The translations under genes were made by a program, and so were the position numbers. 64,000 nucleotides of DNA from an uncultured Solirubrobacterales bacterium (GTDB lineage: Bacteria > Actinomycetota > Thermoleophilia > Solirubrobacterales > JBBDJG01): NCBI GenBank assembly GCA_963762195.1, contig CAVXJX010000012.1, positions 127,044-191,043 of the forward strand, written 5' to 3'. Below are positions 22,920 to 31,646 of this stretch, piece by piece. Each line of letters begins with the position of its first letter. Within the stretch, counting starts at the first letter, position 1. Below the pieces are notes generated by a model that had not been told where the DNA came from, searched no databases, and saw only the letters and a program-made list of their open reading frames with translations.

Positions 22920-23792
22920 CTAGGGAACCTTTGCTTCCGAGATCATGCCCTTCGCCACGTGGGGAGGACCGCCGGCGCGGTCGGGAATGAAACAGAGCAG
23001 TGCGTAGCTGCCTGGCGTCAGGTCGACCTCGGTCAGCTGTGCTTCGCCGCCGTCGATGACGGCGGTCTCCTCCGCGTTCTCCTCCGCAATCGGGGGACCC
23101 TTCTCCGACTCGATTTCCCTCTTGACATCGTCGATGGTCGAGCCCGGGTTTATCCGCGAGATGATCAGGTGGTGCCACTGGGCGCCCGCGTTGCGAAACT
23201 CGATCGTGTTCTTGCCCGCCTTCAGGCCGCTCGACGGGGTGAACTGATACTCGGCGGCCGTGATGGTCGCGTCGGCGTCCGGCAGCTTCGCATCGGTCGC
23301 CTCGCCCGTGACCGTGAGCTCCGCGACGGCGCCCTGCCGGTAGTGGGGCTGGACGTCGCGGCCTTCGGGCTCGCCGCTGTCGACGATCACGTATGAGCCG
23401 GGCTCGAGTCGCTGGGTGATCGTCGCGGAGGCTCCGGGTGCAATCGTGCCGACCCCGCCGCGCGCACGGAACCAGTCGGGCGCGGGGACGCCCCGCACGA
23501 CCCCGTCGAACGCCTTCAGCGCGTCCTCGGTCGTGTGATTGCCGTCGATCTCGATGAACTGCGCCTCGTGCTCCAGCTTGCCGGAGTTCTTGAACTCGAT
23601 ATCGACGAGTCCGGCCTCGATCGACTGCGGCGCCTCGAGCCGGTAGCTGTCTTTCGCCGGCTCGGTCGCCACGATGGAGAGCTTCCTGGCCTCGTCGCCA
23701 CCCTCGTCGCCGCCGCACCCGGCCACGAACAGGAGCACCGCCAGGACCGCAAGGGCGGGAGCGAGCACACGGTGTGGGGATCTGGCGACCAT
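22920..23792 (-). CDS. lipoprotein with two cupredoxin-like domains
   Basis: ATG 23792 gives MVARSPHRVLAPALAVLAVLLFVAGC (lipobox). There are two similar ~110-aa domains (...GLVDIEFKNSG...PGSYVIVDS...PH..G... and ...KNTIEFRNAGAQWHHL...PGSYALLCFIPD....PPHVAKGM). The second has H/C/H/M candidate copper ligands. Confidence 0.65.
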   Translation of the reverse strand: MVARSPHRVLAPALAVLAVLLFVAGCGGDEGGDEARKLSIVATEPAKDSYRLEAPQSIEAGLVDIEFKNSGKLEHEAQFIEIDGNHTTEDALKAFDGVVRGVPAPDWFRARGGVGTIAPGASATITQRLEPGSYVIVDSGEPEGRDVQPHYRQGAVAELTVTGEATDAKLPDADATITAAEYQFTPSSGLKAGKNTIEFRNAGAQWHHLIISRINPGSTIDDVKREIESEKGPPIAEENAEETAVIDGGEAQLTEVDLTPGSYALLCFIPDRAGGPPHVAKGMISEAKVP

Positions 23793-23876
23793 CGAAACCT
23801 CCTGTCGCAGTGCGATTGGACCTCGTTTGCGGCTACCCACTTCGGCCGAGGCCGAATCGCCCAATGCGGGAAAGTA

Positions 23877-23902
23877 GAAAAGCCCCGCAAAGCGGGGCTT
23901 TC
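23877..23902 (-). terminator. intrinsic terminator downstream of rnpB
   Basis: The minus-strand RNA forms AGCCCCGC-UUU-GCGGGGCU (8-bp GC stem) followed by UUUCUACUUU. Confidence 0.65.
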
Positions 23903-23905
23903 CCG

Positions 23906-24234
23906 TAGTAGACCTGTAAGCCGGATTCTGTCGTGAGCAACCATCTGTCTGTGCGGCCTACCTGGACCTCAGCGGGCAGCCTCGACGGTCCTGCTTGGCC
24001 TTGCACCGGGTGGGGTTTGCCTCGGCCGCCGTGTCACCACGGCGCCGGTGCGCTCTTACCGCACCATTTCACCCTTACCGGTCACGCCGTTCACGTGTGA
24101 CGGCGCAACTTAGGCGGTGTCGTTTCTGTGGCACTTTCCCGCGGGTTTCCCCGGGTCGGCGCTACCGACCACCCTGCCCTGCGGTGTCCGGACTTTCCTC
24201 GAAGGCTTCACCTCCGCGATTGCTCGGTCTACGA
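23906..24234 (-). ncRNA. rnpB: RNase P RNA, bacterial type A
   Basis: The minus strand contains CGAGGAAAGUCCGGACACC, ACAGAAA, GGUAAGGGUGAAAUGGUGCGGUAAGAGCGCACC, GCAAACCCCACC and ACAGAAUCCGGCUUACAGGUCUAC. P1 pairs GUAGACC (24232..24226) with GGUCUAC (23914..23908). ORFs called here are spurious. Confidence 0.88.
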
Positions 24235-24243
24235 GGGTCAAGT

Positions 24244-25474
24244 CTAGAGACATCGCGCGCCCGGCTCGAGAGCTCTGCCGCCGCCGGCAAGCCGATCACC
24301 ACGCAGAGTGCAGCGCCGCCGGCTAGCGCCAGGCGCATGTGGTCCTCGGTGACGCCGCCCGACAGGGCCGCACCGCCCAGCACCGCGCCGAAGCCGGCGC
24401 CCAGGAGACGCGCGGTGGAGAGGAGCGACGAGACGCGTCCATGCTTGGCCTGCGGCACGGCATTGAGCGCGGCCCGCGAGGCGGGCACGAAGAGCATCCC
24501 GAGCCCGAGCCCGAAGGGCACGAGCGGCGGCAGCGCGCCGATGCCATCGAGCGGAACGCCGGGAATCGCCAGCACGCCGAGCCCGAGACCGGCGAGCCCG
24601 AAGCCCAGCGCCGCGGTGAAGCCCTCGCCGCGGGTATCTACCAGCCGCCCTGCGAACGGCGCGCCGATGGTGACGAGCAAAGCGATCAGCGTGAGCGCCG
24701 CGGCCGCGCCCAGCGCCGAGTAGCCGGACGTACTCTGCAGGTACTGCTGCGCCGATGTAGAACGCGCCGATCATGACGGCGAACGTGAGGGCCGCGACCA
24801 GGGCTGCAGCCGCAACAACCCGCTGGCGCAGTCCCGCCGTATCCGGGCCGGCGTCGACATGCACGTCCGGGACCAGCCGCCACAGCGCCAACGCTGCGGC
24901 GCCGCTCGCGGGAATCAGGAACCACCAGCACGCGCGCCAGTCGATCGCGACCGTCAGCAGGCCGCCCACGACCGGGCCGATCAGGTTCGCGGCACCGGAG
25001 CTCGCTCCCCAGATGCCAAGCGCAGTGCCGCGCCGCTCGGCCGGGAAGCCGGAAACGGCGCCGGCAAGCGATGCCGGGCTGACAAGCCCCGCGCCGACGC
25101 CCTGCACGACGCGCGACGCGACCAGCACCCCGAAGCTCCCTGCCAGCGCGCCGAGCAGCGCCCCGGCGGCGAACACGGCCAAGCCTGCCAGTGCGACGCG
25201 GCGCGAGCCGATGCGGTCGACCAAGGCCCCGCCCGGAAACAACGTGACCGCGTACGCCAGGAAGTAGGCCATGAGCACGTAGGACAGCGCGTGCGAGTCC
25301 GACGTCAAGCTCTTCCCCCACCGACGGCAGCGCGACCGTGACGATCGTGCCGTCCATCTGCAGCAGCGCCGCGGCGCCGGCGCAGGCGGCAAGCCTCAGC
25401 CAGGCATCGCGCGGGATGCCGTCGCCGGCGGAGCCGGGCGAGGCAGCGGGGCGGCCCGAGGACATGCCGGGCAT
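24244..25474 (-). pseudogene. MFS transporter (12-TMS, DHA1-like), at least two frame breaks; 3' end uncertain
   Basis: Segments: ...LLQMDGTIVTVALPSVG | KSLTSDSHALSYVLMAYFLAYAVTLFPGGALVDRIGSRR...QGVGAGLVSPA...FPAERRGTALG... | QQYLQSTSGYSALGAAAALTLIALLVTIGAPFAGRLVD... The breaks at ~25317 (in a C5/G5 run) and ~24752 are both +1. The last frame runs to 24162, into rnpB, so the true stop is probably earlier. Confidence 0.7.
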
Positions 25475-25486
25475 TGTCGCGGAGAG

Positions 25487-25690
25487 TTACTCGAGCGTGC
25501 TGCCGCAGGCGGGGCACTCGGCCGGTGTGCCGAGGTCACCGCCGGTCATCGGCGCGTCGCACACCAGGCACGACACGGCCTGGCCGTGATTGAGCGCGTA
25601 GTCCACCCGGCTGAGCAGGTCGGCCAGCGTGCGCTCCCGCTCGACGTCGAAGAGGCGTGCGTCCACGGCTGTCTCCGTGAGGGTCGTCAT
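25487..25690 (-). CDS. 67-aa zinc-ribbon protein translationally coupled to lexA
   Basis: The ATG overlaps the lexA stop (TGATG). MTTLTETAVDARLFDVERERTLADLLSRVDYALNHGQAVSCLVCDAPMTGGDLGTPAECPACGSTLE carries CxxC...CxxC at its C-terminus. I recognise no family. Confidence 0.55.
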   Translation of the reverse strand: MTTLTETAVDARLFDVERERTLADLLSRVDYALNHGQAVSCLVCDAPMTGGDLGTPAECPACGSTLE

Positions 25691-26307
25691 CAGACCTTCC
25701 TGAAGACTCCCACGACCCGGCCCATGACCTCGACGTCGCGCGAGCGGATCGGCTCCATCGCCGGGTTCTCGGGCTGCAGCCGCACGTGGTCACGCTCGCG
25801 GAAGAACCGCTTGACCGTCGCCTCGTCGCCCAGCAGCGCGACGACGATGTCGCCGTCGCCGGCGGTGTTCTGCGGGCGCACCACTACATAGTCGCCCGCG
25901 AGGATGCCGGCGTCGCGCATGCTCTCGCCGGACACCTGCAGGACGTACTCGCCCTCGTCGCCGCCGGCAACGCTCGGCACCTGCATGTACTCCTCGATGT
26001 TCTCCTCGGCCAGCACGGGCTGGCCCGCCGCGACCCGGCCCACGAGTGGGAGCATGCCCTCGTCCGGCGCCACCGCGCGCTTGGCCTTGTCGAACAGCAG
26101 CTCGATCGCCCGCGGCTTGGTGGGGTCGCGCCGCAGAACCCCGTACTTCTCGAGGTTCGCGAGGTGTGCGTGCACCGTCGAGGACGAGGCGAGGCCAACC
26201 GCCTTGCCGATCTCGCGAACCGTCGGCGGGTATCCGTACTTCGATGCGTACCGCTTGATGAACGTGAAGATCTCCTGCTGGCGCTTCGTCATCTTGAGGT
26301 CAACCAT
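25690..26307 (-). CDS. lexA: LexA repressor (S24 peptidase)
   Basis: RBS AGGAGG plus ATG 26307. Reads MVDLKMTKRQQEIFTFIKRYASKYGYPPTVREIGKAVGLASSSTVHAHLANLEKYGVLRRD...VAAGQP...SGESM...VKRF... It has the Ala-Gly cleavage site and Ser/Lys dyad context. The upstream 63 codons of the ORF are non-coding leader. Confidence 0.92.
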   Translation of the reverse strand: MVDLKMTKRQQEIFTFIKRYASKYGYPPTVREIGKAVGLASSSTVHAHLANLEKYGVLRRDPTKPRAIELLFDKAKRAVAPDEGMLPLVGRVAAGQPVLAEENIEEYMQVPSVAGGDEGEYVLQVSGESMRDAGILAGDYVVVRPQNTAGDGDIVVALLGDEATVKRFFRERDHVRLQPENPAMEPIRSRDVEVMGRVVGVFRKV

Positions 26308-26341
26308 CAGGTGAAATCCTCCTGGGGGCGGGTGAATGTGG

Positions 26342-26355
26342 CGAACACATGTTCG
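26342..26355. promoter_or_regulatory. LexA (SOS/Cheo-type) box CGAACACATGTTCG
   Basis: Perfect palindrome CGAAC-N4-GTTCG, 35 nt upstream of the lexA ATG and between the LigD-Pol stop (26390) and lexA. Confidence 0.8.
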
Positions 26356-26389
26356 TAGAGTAGCCGCCCCCGCGGACGGGTTCAAGCAT

Positions 26390-27442
26390 CTAGGTCTTCC
26401 GATCCCGGTCGCGGCTCGGTTGCACGCGCTTGGGCTCGCCCGGCATCTTCGGGTAGTCGGGCGGGTAAGGCATGTCGCCCTTGCCCTGCCGCTCATACAG
26501 CTCCAGCAGCGGCTCCAGCGAGTGTGTGCGGTCGTCGATCGCCTCGTGCCGATCGCCGACGCGGTCGAAGCGCGCCGGCATCGTCGCGACCGTGAAGTCC
26601 TCGGGCTGCACGTCGCCCAGCTCGTCCCAGGTCACCGGCGCCGACACGGGCGCACCGGGCTTGGGGCGCACGCTGTAGGCCGACGCGATCGTGCGGTCCC
26701 GCGCGTTCTGGTTGTAGTCGACGAAGATTTTCTCGCCGCGCTCCTCCTTCCACCACTTTGTCGTCACCTCACCCGGACGCCGGCGTTCGAGCTCACGCCC
26801 GAAGGCGATCGCAGCGTGGCGCATGTCGGTGAAGGTCCAGCGCGGCTCGGTTCGCACGTAGATGTGAACGCCACGGCCGCCGGAGGTCTTCGGGAAACCG
26901 ACATACCCCAGCTCCTCGAGCAGCTCGCGGGCGGTGGCGGCGACCCGCACGGCATCCGCGAAGTCGGTGCCGGGCTGAGGGTCGAGGTCGAGCCGCAGCT
27001 CGTCGGGATGATCGACGTCGGCGCGTCGCACCGGCCACGGATGGAACGTGATGGTTCCCATCTGCGCCGCCCAGCCGACGACCGCGATCTCGGTCGGGCA
27101 GATCTCGTCGGCCGAGCGCCCGGACGGGAATTGGATGCTCGCGGTCTCTACGTAGTCCGGTGCGCCGCGCGGGATGCGCTTCTGGAAAAACGCGTCCCCC
27201 CCGCCCTTCTCGCGCGTCGATAGGACGATTCCGGGATGCACGCCCTTGGGCCAGCGCTCCAAGGTGGTCGGCCGCTCGCGCAGGGCGCGCATGATCCCCG
27301 GGGCGACGGCGAGGTAGTACTCGACGACCTGGAGCTTCGTGATCGGGTCGCTCCCGTCACTCGGCGGGAAGATCACGCGCTCCGGATTCGTGACCCGGAG
27401 GGATCGTCCGTCTGCGTCGATCTCGATCGCTGGGGACGCCAC
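26390..27442 (-). CDS. stand-alone LigD polymerase/primase domain protein (NHEJ AEP primase-polymerase)
   Basis: Intact 350 aa with ...LRVTNPERVIFP...TKLQVVEYYLAVAP..MLRALRERP..LERWPKGV...FFQK...ITFHPW...PDELRLDLDP...FPKTSGGRGVHIYV...FVDYNQNARDRTIASAYSVRP... Confidence 0.85.
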   Translation of the reverse strand: MASPAIEIDADGRSLRVTNPERVIFPPSDGSDPITKLQVVEYYLAVAPGIMRALRERPTTLERWPKGVHPGIVLSTREKGGGDAFFQKRIPRGAPDYVETASIQFPSGRSADEICPTEIAVVGWAAQMGTITFHPWPVRRADVDHPDELRLDLDPQPGTDFADAVRVAATARELLEELGYVGFPKTSGGRGVHIYVRTEPRWTFTDMRHAAIAFGRELERRRPGEVTTKWWKEERGEKIFVDYNQNARDRTIASAYSVRPKPGAPVSAPVTWDELGDVQPEDFTVATMPARFDRVGDRHEAIDDRTHSLEPLLELYERQGKGDMPYPPDYPKMPGEPKRVQPSRDRDRKT

Positions 27443-27500
27443 GGCCTCGGACGCTACCTATAATCCGCCCGCGATTCCTCGCTCGATCCAGGAGAGGTCC

Positions 27501-27866
27501 ATGATCAGCAAACTCGACTTCGTCGGCATCCCGTCCCAGGACACGGAGCGGTCACGCAGCTTCTACGTCGAGACGCTCGGCCTGCGGGGCGACGACCGCA
27601 CGCCGTCCGAGGTCTGGGCGGGCGAGACGTGCTTCAGCATCTGGGAACCGAAGCGATTCGGGATGGAGTTCGCGCCCCAGAAGAACGCGCATCCTGCCCT
27701 GCACGTGGACGACGTGGCCGCGACGCGCGCAGAGCTGGAGGCGAAGGGCGTGGAGTTCGCCGGCGAGATCCTCGACACCGGGGTCTGCCACATGGCGTTC
27801 TTCACCGATCCCGACGGGAACGACCTGATGCTGCACAGCCGTTACGCGCCCTACGAGTCCGCCTAG
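27501..27866 (+). CDS. VOC/glyoxalase-family protein
   Basis: RBS GGAGAGG plus ATG 27501. Reads MISKLDFVGIPSQDTERSRSFYVETLGL...HPALHVDDVAATRAELEAKGVEF...GVCHMAFFTDPDGNDLMLH. 121 aa. Confidence 0.8.
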   Translation: MISKLDFVGIPSQDTERSRSFYVETLGLRGDDRTPSEVWAGETCFSIWEPKRFGMEFAPQKNAHPALHVDDVAATRAELEAKGVEFAGEILDTGVCHMAFFTDPDGNDLMLHSRYAPYESA

Positions 27867-28324
27867 CGGTGGACGAGGGACAGGAGCACGCCGCAGGCGA
27901 GGCCGTAGGTGCCATGCCCGACGACGCCCCGCACGTGGCTCGCGACGGGATATGAGGTGAACGTCGGCAGGGCCGTGGCCTCGTCGACGATCATCCAGGC
28001 AGCCGTACCGACAGCGAGGCCGGCGGACATCGGCGCCCTTCCCCTGCGCGCGAGCGCATTGGCGATCACGCCGTATGTCATCCCGAGCGTGCGGTGTGCC
28101 GCCACTCCGACTCGTGCTGCCTGGGCGTCCGTCAGGTTCCGGCCGACAGCAGCGCCCATCTGCTTTCCCATCTGCAAGAGCGTGCCGCCCGGTGCCAGCT
28201 CCTCCTCGCGGCGCTTCGACTCCTCGCTCTGGCGCTCGTAGAACCAGGAGGTCGCGGCGTCCATCGTCCGGCTCGCCGCGAAGCCCGCAAGCGCGCCGAC
28301 CCAGATGTTCGCGCCGTCCGCCAT
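27863..28324 (-). CDS. hypothetical membrane protein
   Basis: Intact 153 aa with hydrophobic segments (IWVGALAGFAAS, GLAVGTAAWMIV, TYGLACGVLLSLV). The family is not recognised. Confidence 0.5.
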   Translation of the reverse strand: MADGANIWVGALAGFAASRTMDAATSWFYERQSEESKRREEELAPGGTLLQMGKQMGAAVGRNLTDAQAARVGVAAHRTLGMTYGVIANALARRGRAPMSAGLAVGTAAWMIVDEATALPTFTSYPVASHVRGVVGHGTYGLACGVLLSLVHR

Positions 28325-28385
28325 CGCCGCGGAAGACTAGCGCCGGGCGCAGCGCGGGGTCGCACCTATAATCGACCGCCGACAC

Positions 28386-28471
<86 letters not shown>

Positions 28472-28517
28472 CTGCACGCGAGCGGCTAGGGAAAGAACAG
28501 ACCCCCGGCCGCCTCCC

Positions 28518-28874
28518 TCATAGGCGTGAGGCTACGTTCGCGAGGGCGCCCTTGAGATCCGGGAAGGTCGCGAACCCCTTGTCCAATCCGCTTCGCTCGA
28601 AGGCGGCCCAGACGTAGGCGTTGGGGCGGACGAGGATCAACCTGCCGTTCTGCCCAATGCGGATCAGCGCGCGGAAGAGCACCTGGAGCATCGCGTTGCC
28701 GAGCGACGTCACCCCCCGCAGGTCGAAGATGATCTCGGTCCTACCGGCGTCGAGCGCGGAGACGATCTGCTGCTCGGCGTGCAGGGCCGCCGAGCGGCCG
28801 CACTCGCCGTTCAGCGTCAGAACTTCGATGCCCTTGCCGATCCTGTCGGACGAGAAACCAACGGTCTGGGTCAT
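28518..28874 (-). CDS. STAS-domain protein (anti-sigma-factor antagonist family)
   Basis: Intact 118 aa with ...IEVLTLNGECGRSAALHAEQQIVSALDAGRTEIIFDLRGVTSLGNAMLQVLFRA...ILVRPNAYVWAAFERSGLD... Confidence 0.78.
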   Translation of the reverse strand: MTQTVGFSSDRIGKGIEVLTLNGECGRSAALHAEQQIVSALDAGRTEIIFDLRGVTSLGNAMLQVLFRALIRIGQNGRLILVRPNAYVWAAFERSGLDKGFATFPDLKGALANVASRL

Positions 28875-28968
28875 GGCGACCCCCTTGGCGGCGCTTTGAG
28901 TGAGAATCCGCGGGGGCTATGAAGCGCCTTGACGTAACCGACTCGGTTCTCCCAGGCTAGCAGCGCAG

Positions 28969-30324
28969 ATGTCCTCCACCACCAAACAGCACGACGCGAT
29001 CGTCATCGGCGCCGGCTCCGCGGGCGAGACCTGCGCCGGCGAGCTCGCCTCCGGAGGCATGAAAGTCGCGATCGTGGAGCACGAGCTGGTGGCCGGCGAG
29101 TGCAAGTACTGGGCCTGCATGCCCGCCAAGACGCTGCTTCGTCCGGGCGAGGTGCTCGCAGCGGCACTCAGCACACCCGGTGTGCAGCGGGCGACGCGGC
29201 CCGAGCTCGACGCGAAGCGCATCCTTGCGTGGCGGGACTACATGGTGTCCGACTACGACGACACTGCGAAGGCACGCGCGCTCGAGGAGCAGGGCGTGAC
29301 CGTGGTAAGAGGGTCCGCCCACATCGCCGGCCGCGGCGTGGTCGCGGTGGGCGACGAGCGTCTCGAGAGCGATCGGATCGTGATCGCGACCGGATCGGTT
29401 CCGGCGATACCGCCGATCGAGGGCCTCGCGGAGCTGCCGGGAGTGTGGACGAACCGGGAGGCGATGGGCGCACGCGAGCTTCCGGACCGCCTGCTGATAC
29501 TCGGCGGCGGGCCCGTCGGCGTCGAGATCGGACAGGCCTTTTCGCGCATGGGCGTCTCCGTTGCGCTCGTCGAGCAGTCCGACCGGCTACTGCCCAACGA
29601 GATCGAGGCCGCCGGGCACGCGCTCGGCCGCACGCTGTCGGACGAGGGCATCGAACTGCACCTCGGCGAGTCCGCCGAACATGTCGCAGCGCATGGCGGG
29701 GGTTACGCGCTGACGCTTGGCGACGGCCGCAAGCTCGTCGGGGACAAGCTTCTCGTGGCGACCGGTCGCAAGCCGCGTATGGACGCCCTCGGCCTGGAGT
29801 CCGTCGGCATACATCCACCCGATCAAGGCATTCACGTCGACGAGCGGATGCGGGCCGGCGACGGCATCTGGGCCGTCGGCGACGTCACCGGGATCATGCC
29901 GTTCACGCACGTCGGCGCCTATCAGGCGCGGGTGGCCGCGGCGGACATGCTCGGGCAGCCGGCGCGCGCAGACTACCGTGCGATCCCGCGCGTCATCTTC
30001 ACGGATCCCCAGGTCGCGGCGGTGGGATCGACGGACGGGGAGCACGACGCGACGGTCGACCTGTCCGGGCTTGCACGCAGCGCGACCTACACGCAGGATC
30101 CTTCCGAGTGGCCGGGCTTCCTGACGCTGATCAGCGACGGGCGCAAGCTGACGGGCGCCTGCGCCGTCGGCCCGGAGGCCGGGGAGTGGCTCGGCCAAGC
30201 GACCCTCGCGGTCCGGGCGGAAGTCACGCTGGACGTCATGCGCGACACGATCCAGCCGTTCCCGACCTTCTCCGAGGCCTACCGCAAGGCCCTCGCGGCG
30301 TTGTATGAGAAGCTCTCGCGATGA
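28969..30324 (+). CDS. FAD-dependent pyridine nucleotide-disulfide oxidoreductase (class I, redox-active CxxxxC)
   Basis: Intact 451 aa with DAIVIGAGSAGE (FAD GxGxxG), GECKYWACMPAK (Cys pair), LLILGGGPVGVE (NAD site), GDGIWAVGDV and a C-terminal dimerisation-domain pattern. Confidence 0.85.
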   Translation: MSSTTKQHDAIVIGAGSAGETCAGELASGGMKVAIVEHELVAGECKYWACMPAKTLLRPGEVLAAALSTPGVQRATRPELDAKRILAWRDYMVSDYDDTAKARALEEQGVTVVRGSAHIAGRGVVAVGDERLESDRIVIATGSVPAIPPIEGLAELPGVWTNREAMGARELPDRLLILGGGPVGVEIGQAFSRMGVSVALVEQSDRLLPNEIEAAGHALGRTLSDEGIELHLGESAEHVAAHGGGYALTLGDGRKLVGDKLLVATGRKPRMDALGLESVGIHPPDQGIHVDERMRAGDGIWAVGDVTGIMPFTHVGAYQARVAAADMLGQPARADYRAIPRVIFTDPQVAAVGSTDGEHDATVDLSGLARSATYTQDPSEWPGFLTLISDGRKLTGACAVGPEAGEWLGQATLAVRAEVTLDVMRDTIQPFPTFSEAYRKALAALYEKLSR

Positions 30325-30932
30325 GGACCGTCGTGCTCAACTGCACGCTCAAGCAGTCGCCGGAGACTTCGAACACGGAAGCGCTCGCCCGAGTTGTCAC
30401 CGAGCCGCTCGAACGGGAGGGCGTCGCGATCGACTGGGTTCGAGTGGTGGACCACAATGTCCTGCCTGGGGTTTCTTCGGACGAAGGCGATGGCGACGAC
30501 TGGCCGAGCATCCGCGAAAAGGTCGTGTCCGCGGAGATCTTGGTGATGGCAAGCCCCACGTGGCTCGGCAAGCCGTCGAGTGTCGCGCAGCGGGTCCTCG
30601 AACGCATGGACGCGATGCTGTCCGAGACCGACGACGAAGGTCGCCCGATCGCATACAACCGCGTGGCCGGCGTCGTCGTGACAGGCAACGAGGACGGCGC
30701 TCACCACGTCATCAGTGAGATCGCCGGAGCGCTGATCGACATCGGGTTCACCGTTCCCGGCCAGGCATGGACCTACTGGAACATGGGGCCGGGAGCAGGA
30801 CCGTCCTACCTCGAGTCCGACCACAAGCACGATTGGTCGAAGAGCACCGGGGAAGCAGCCGCGGCGAACCTCGTCGCCGTCGCCCGCGCGCTCGCCGAGC
30901 GGCCGATCCCGAAGCCGCCCAACGCCGGGTAG
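30321..30932 (+). CDS. flavodoxin-like NAD(P)H-dependent FMN reductase family protein
   Basis: The ATG overlaps the previous stop (ATGA). Reads MRTVVLNCTLKQSPETSNTEAL...AEILVMASPTWLGKPSSVAQRVLERMD...VAGVVVTGNEDGAHH... 203 aa. Confidence 0.75.
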   Translation: MRTVVLNCTLKQSPETSNTEALARVVTEPLEREGVAIDWVRVVDHNVLPGVSSDEGDGDDWPSIREKVVSAEILVMASPTWLGKPSSVAQRVLERMDAMLSETDDEGRPIAYNRVAGVVVTGNEDGAHHVISEIAGALIDIGFTVPGQAWTYWNMGPGAGPSYLESDHKHDWSKSTGEAAAANLVAVARALAERPIPKPPNAG

Positions 30933-30980
30933 ACCCGAGGGCCGGCCAGTCGGCCGACCCCTTCCGATCAGTTCGGAGGA

Positions 30981-31613
30981 CTAACCGACGATGAACCCGG
31001 TGCCCTTGACTGCCTTCAGCACCTTCTTCATCGAGGCGGCCTTGTCGAAGTCCGCCGGCGCGGGCGGCTGGCCCACGAGGTTGCGAATCCACGCTGCGTG
31101 ACGGGCCTCGACGGAGTGGATGGACGCGGCCGCCTTCAGCACCACGGTCTGCTTGATCCGATGTACCTGCCCCGCGTACGCGGTGACACCCGTGTCCTCG
31201 AGCACGATCGCCGTTGCCTGGAACTTGGCCTGGTTCGTCACCGTGTCCTTGAAGTCGAAGGTCGGCTTCTTGACCGCCTTGCTCTTCAGGACGCTCTTGA
31301 GGAACGTCACGTGCGCGTTCTCATGGTCGCGTACCGTGGTCGCGAACTGGAGCGTCGGTCCGCTGAGCCCACCCTTGGCCACGGCCTGCGTGTAGAACTC
31401 GGCCTCCAGGTACTCGAGCGTCAACGCGTAGTTCAGGATCGCGACGTCCTGCTTCTTGGACTTCCGCGCCTCGGCGAGCTCGGGGAGCCCGCCGAGCAGC
31501 ACTCCGCCGGCAAGCAGCGTGCCGCCACCGACCGCGGCCTTGCGGAACATGTCAGCGCGCGTTTCGCCCGCACCGTCCGTGTCGACCATCTCTACCGTGA
31601 TGTGATCCGTCAT
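30981..31613 (-). CDS. exported ferritin-like (Ferritin_2-type, di-iron ExxH x2) protein, paralog 1
   Basis: 210 aa with signal-like ...DMFRKAAVGGGTLLAGGVLLGGLPELAEA. The core reads ILNYALTLEYLEAEFY...HENAHV...LEDTGVTAY...SIHSVEARHAA. Confidence 0.75.
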   Translation of the reverse strand: MTDHITVEMVDTDGAGETRADMFRKAAVGGGTLLAGGVLLGGLPELAEARKSKKQDVAILNYALTLEYLEAEFYTQAVAKGGLSGPTLQFATTVRDHENAHVTFLKSVLKSKAVKKPTFDFKDTVTNQAKFQATAIVLEDTGVTAYAGQVHRIKQTVVLKAAASIHSVEARHAAWIRNLVGQPPAPADFDKAASMKKVLKAVKGTGFIVG

Positions 31614-31646
31614 AGCGTGTTTCCTCTCTGTGAGGGCCGCAACTGA

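Noticed and set aside
23995-24723. ORF 23995..24723 (+, 242 aa) and other ORFs overlapping 23900..24240.
   Set aside because: The region is RNase P RNA on the minus strand, with all universal conserved blocks present. The ORFs are Pro/Ser/Ala-rich shadows.
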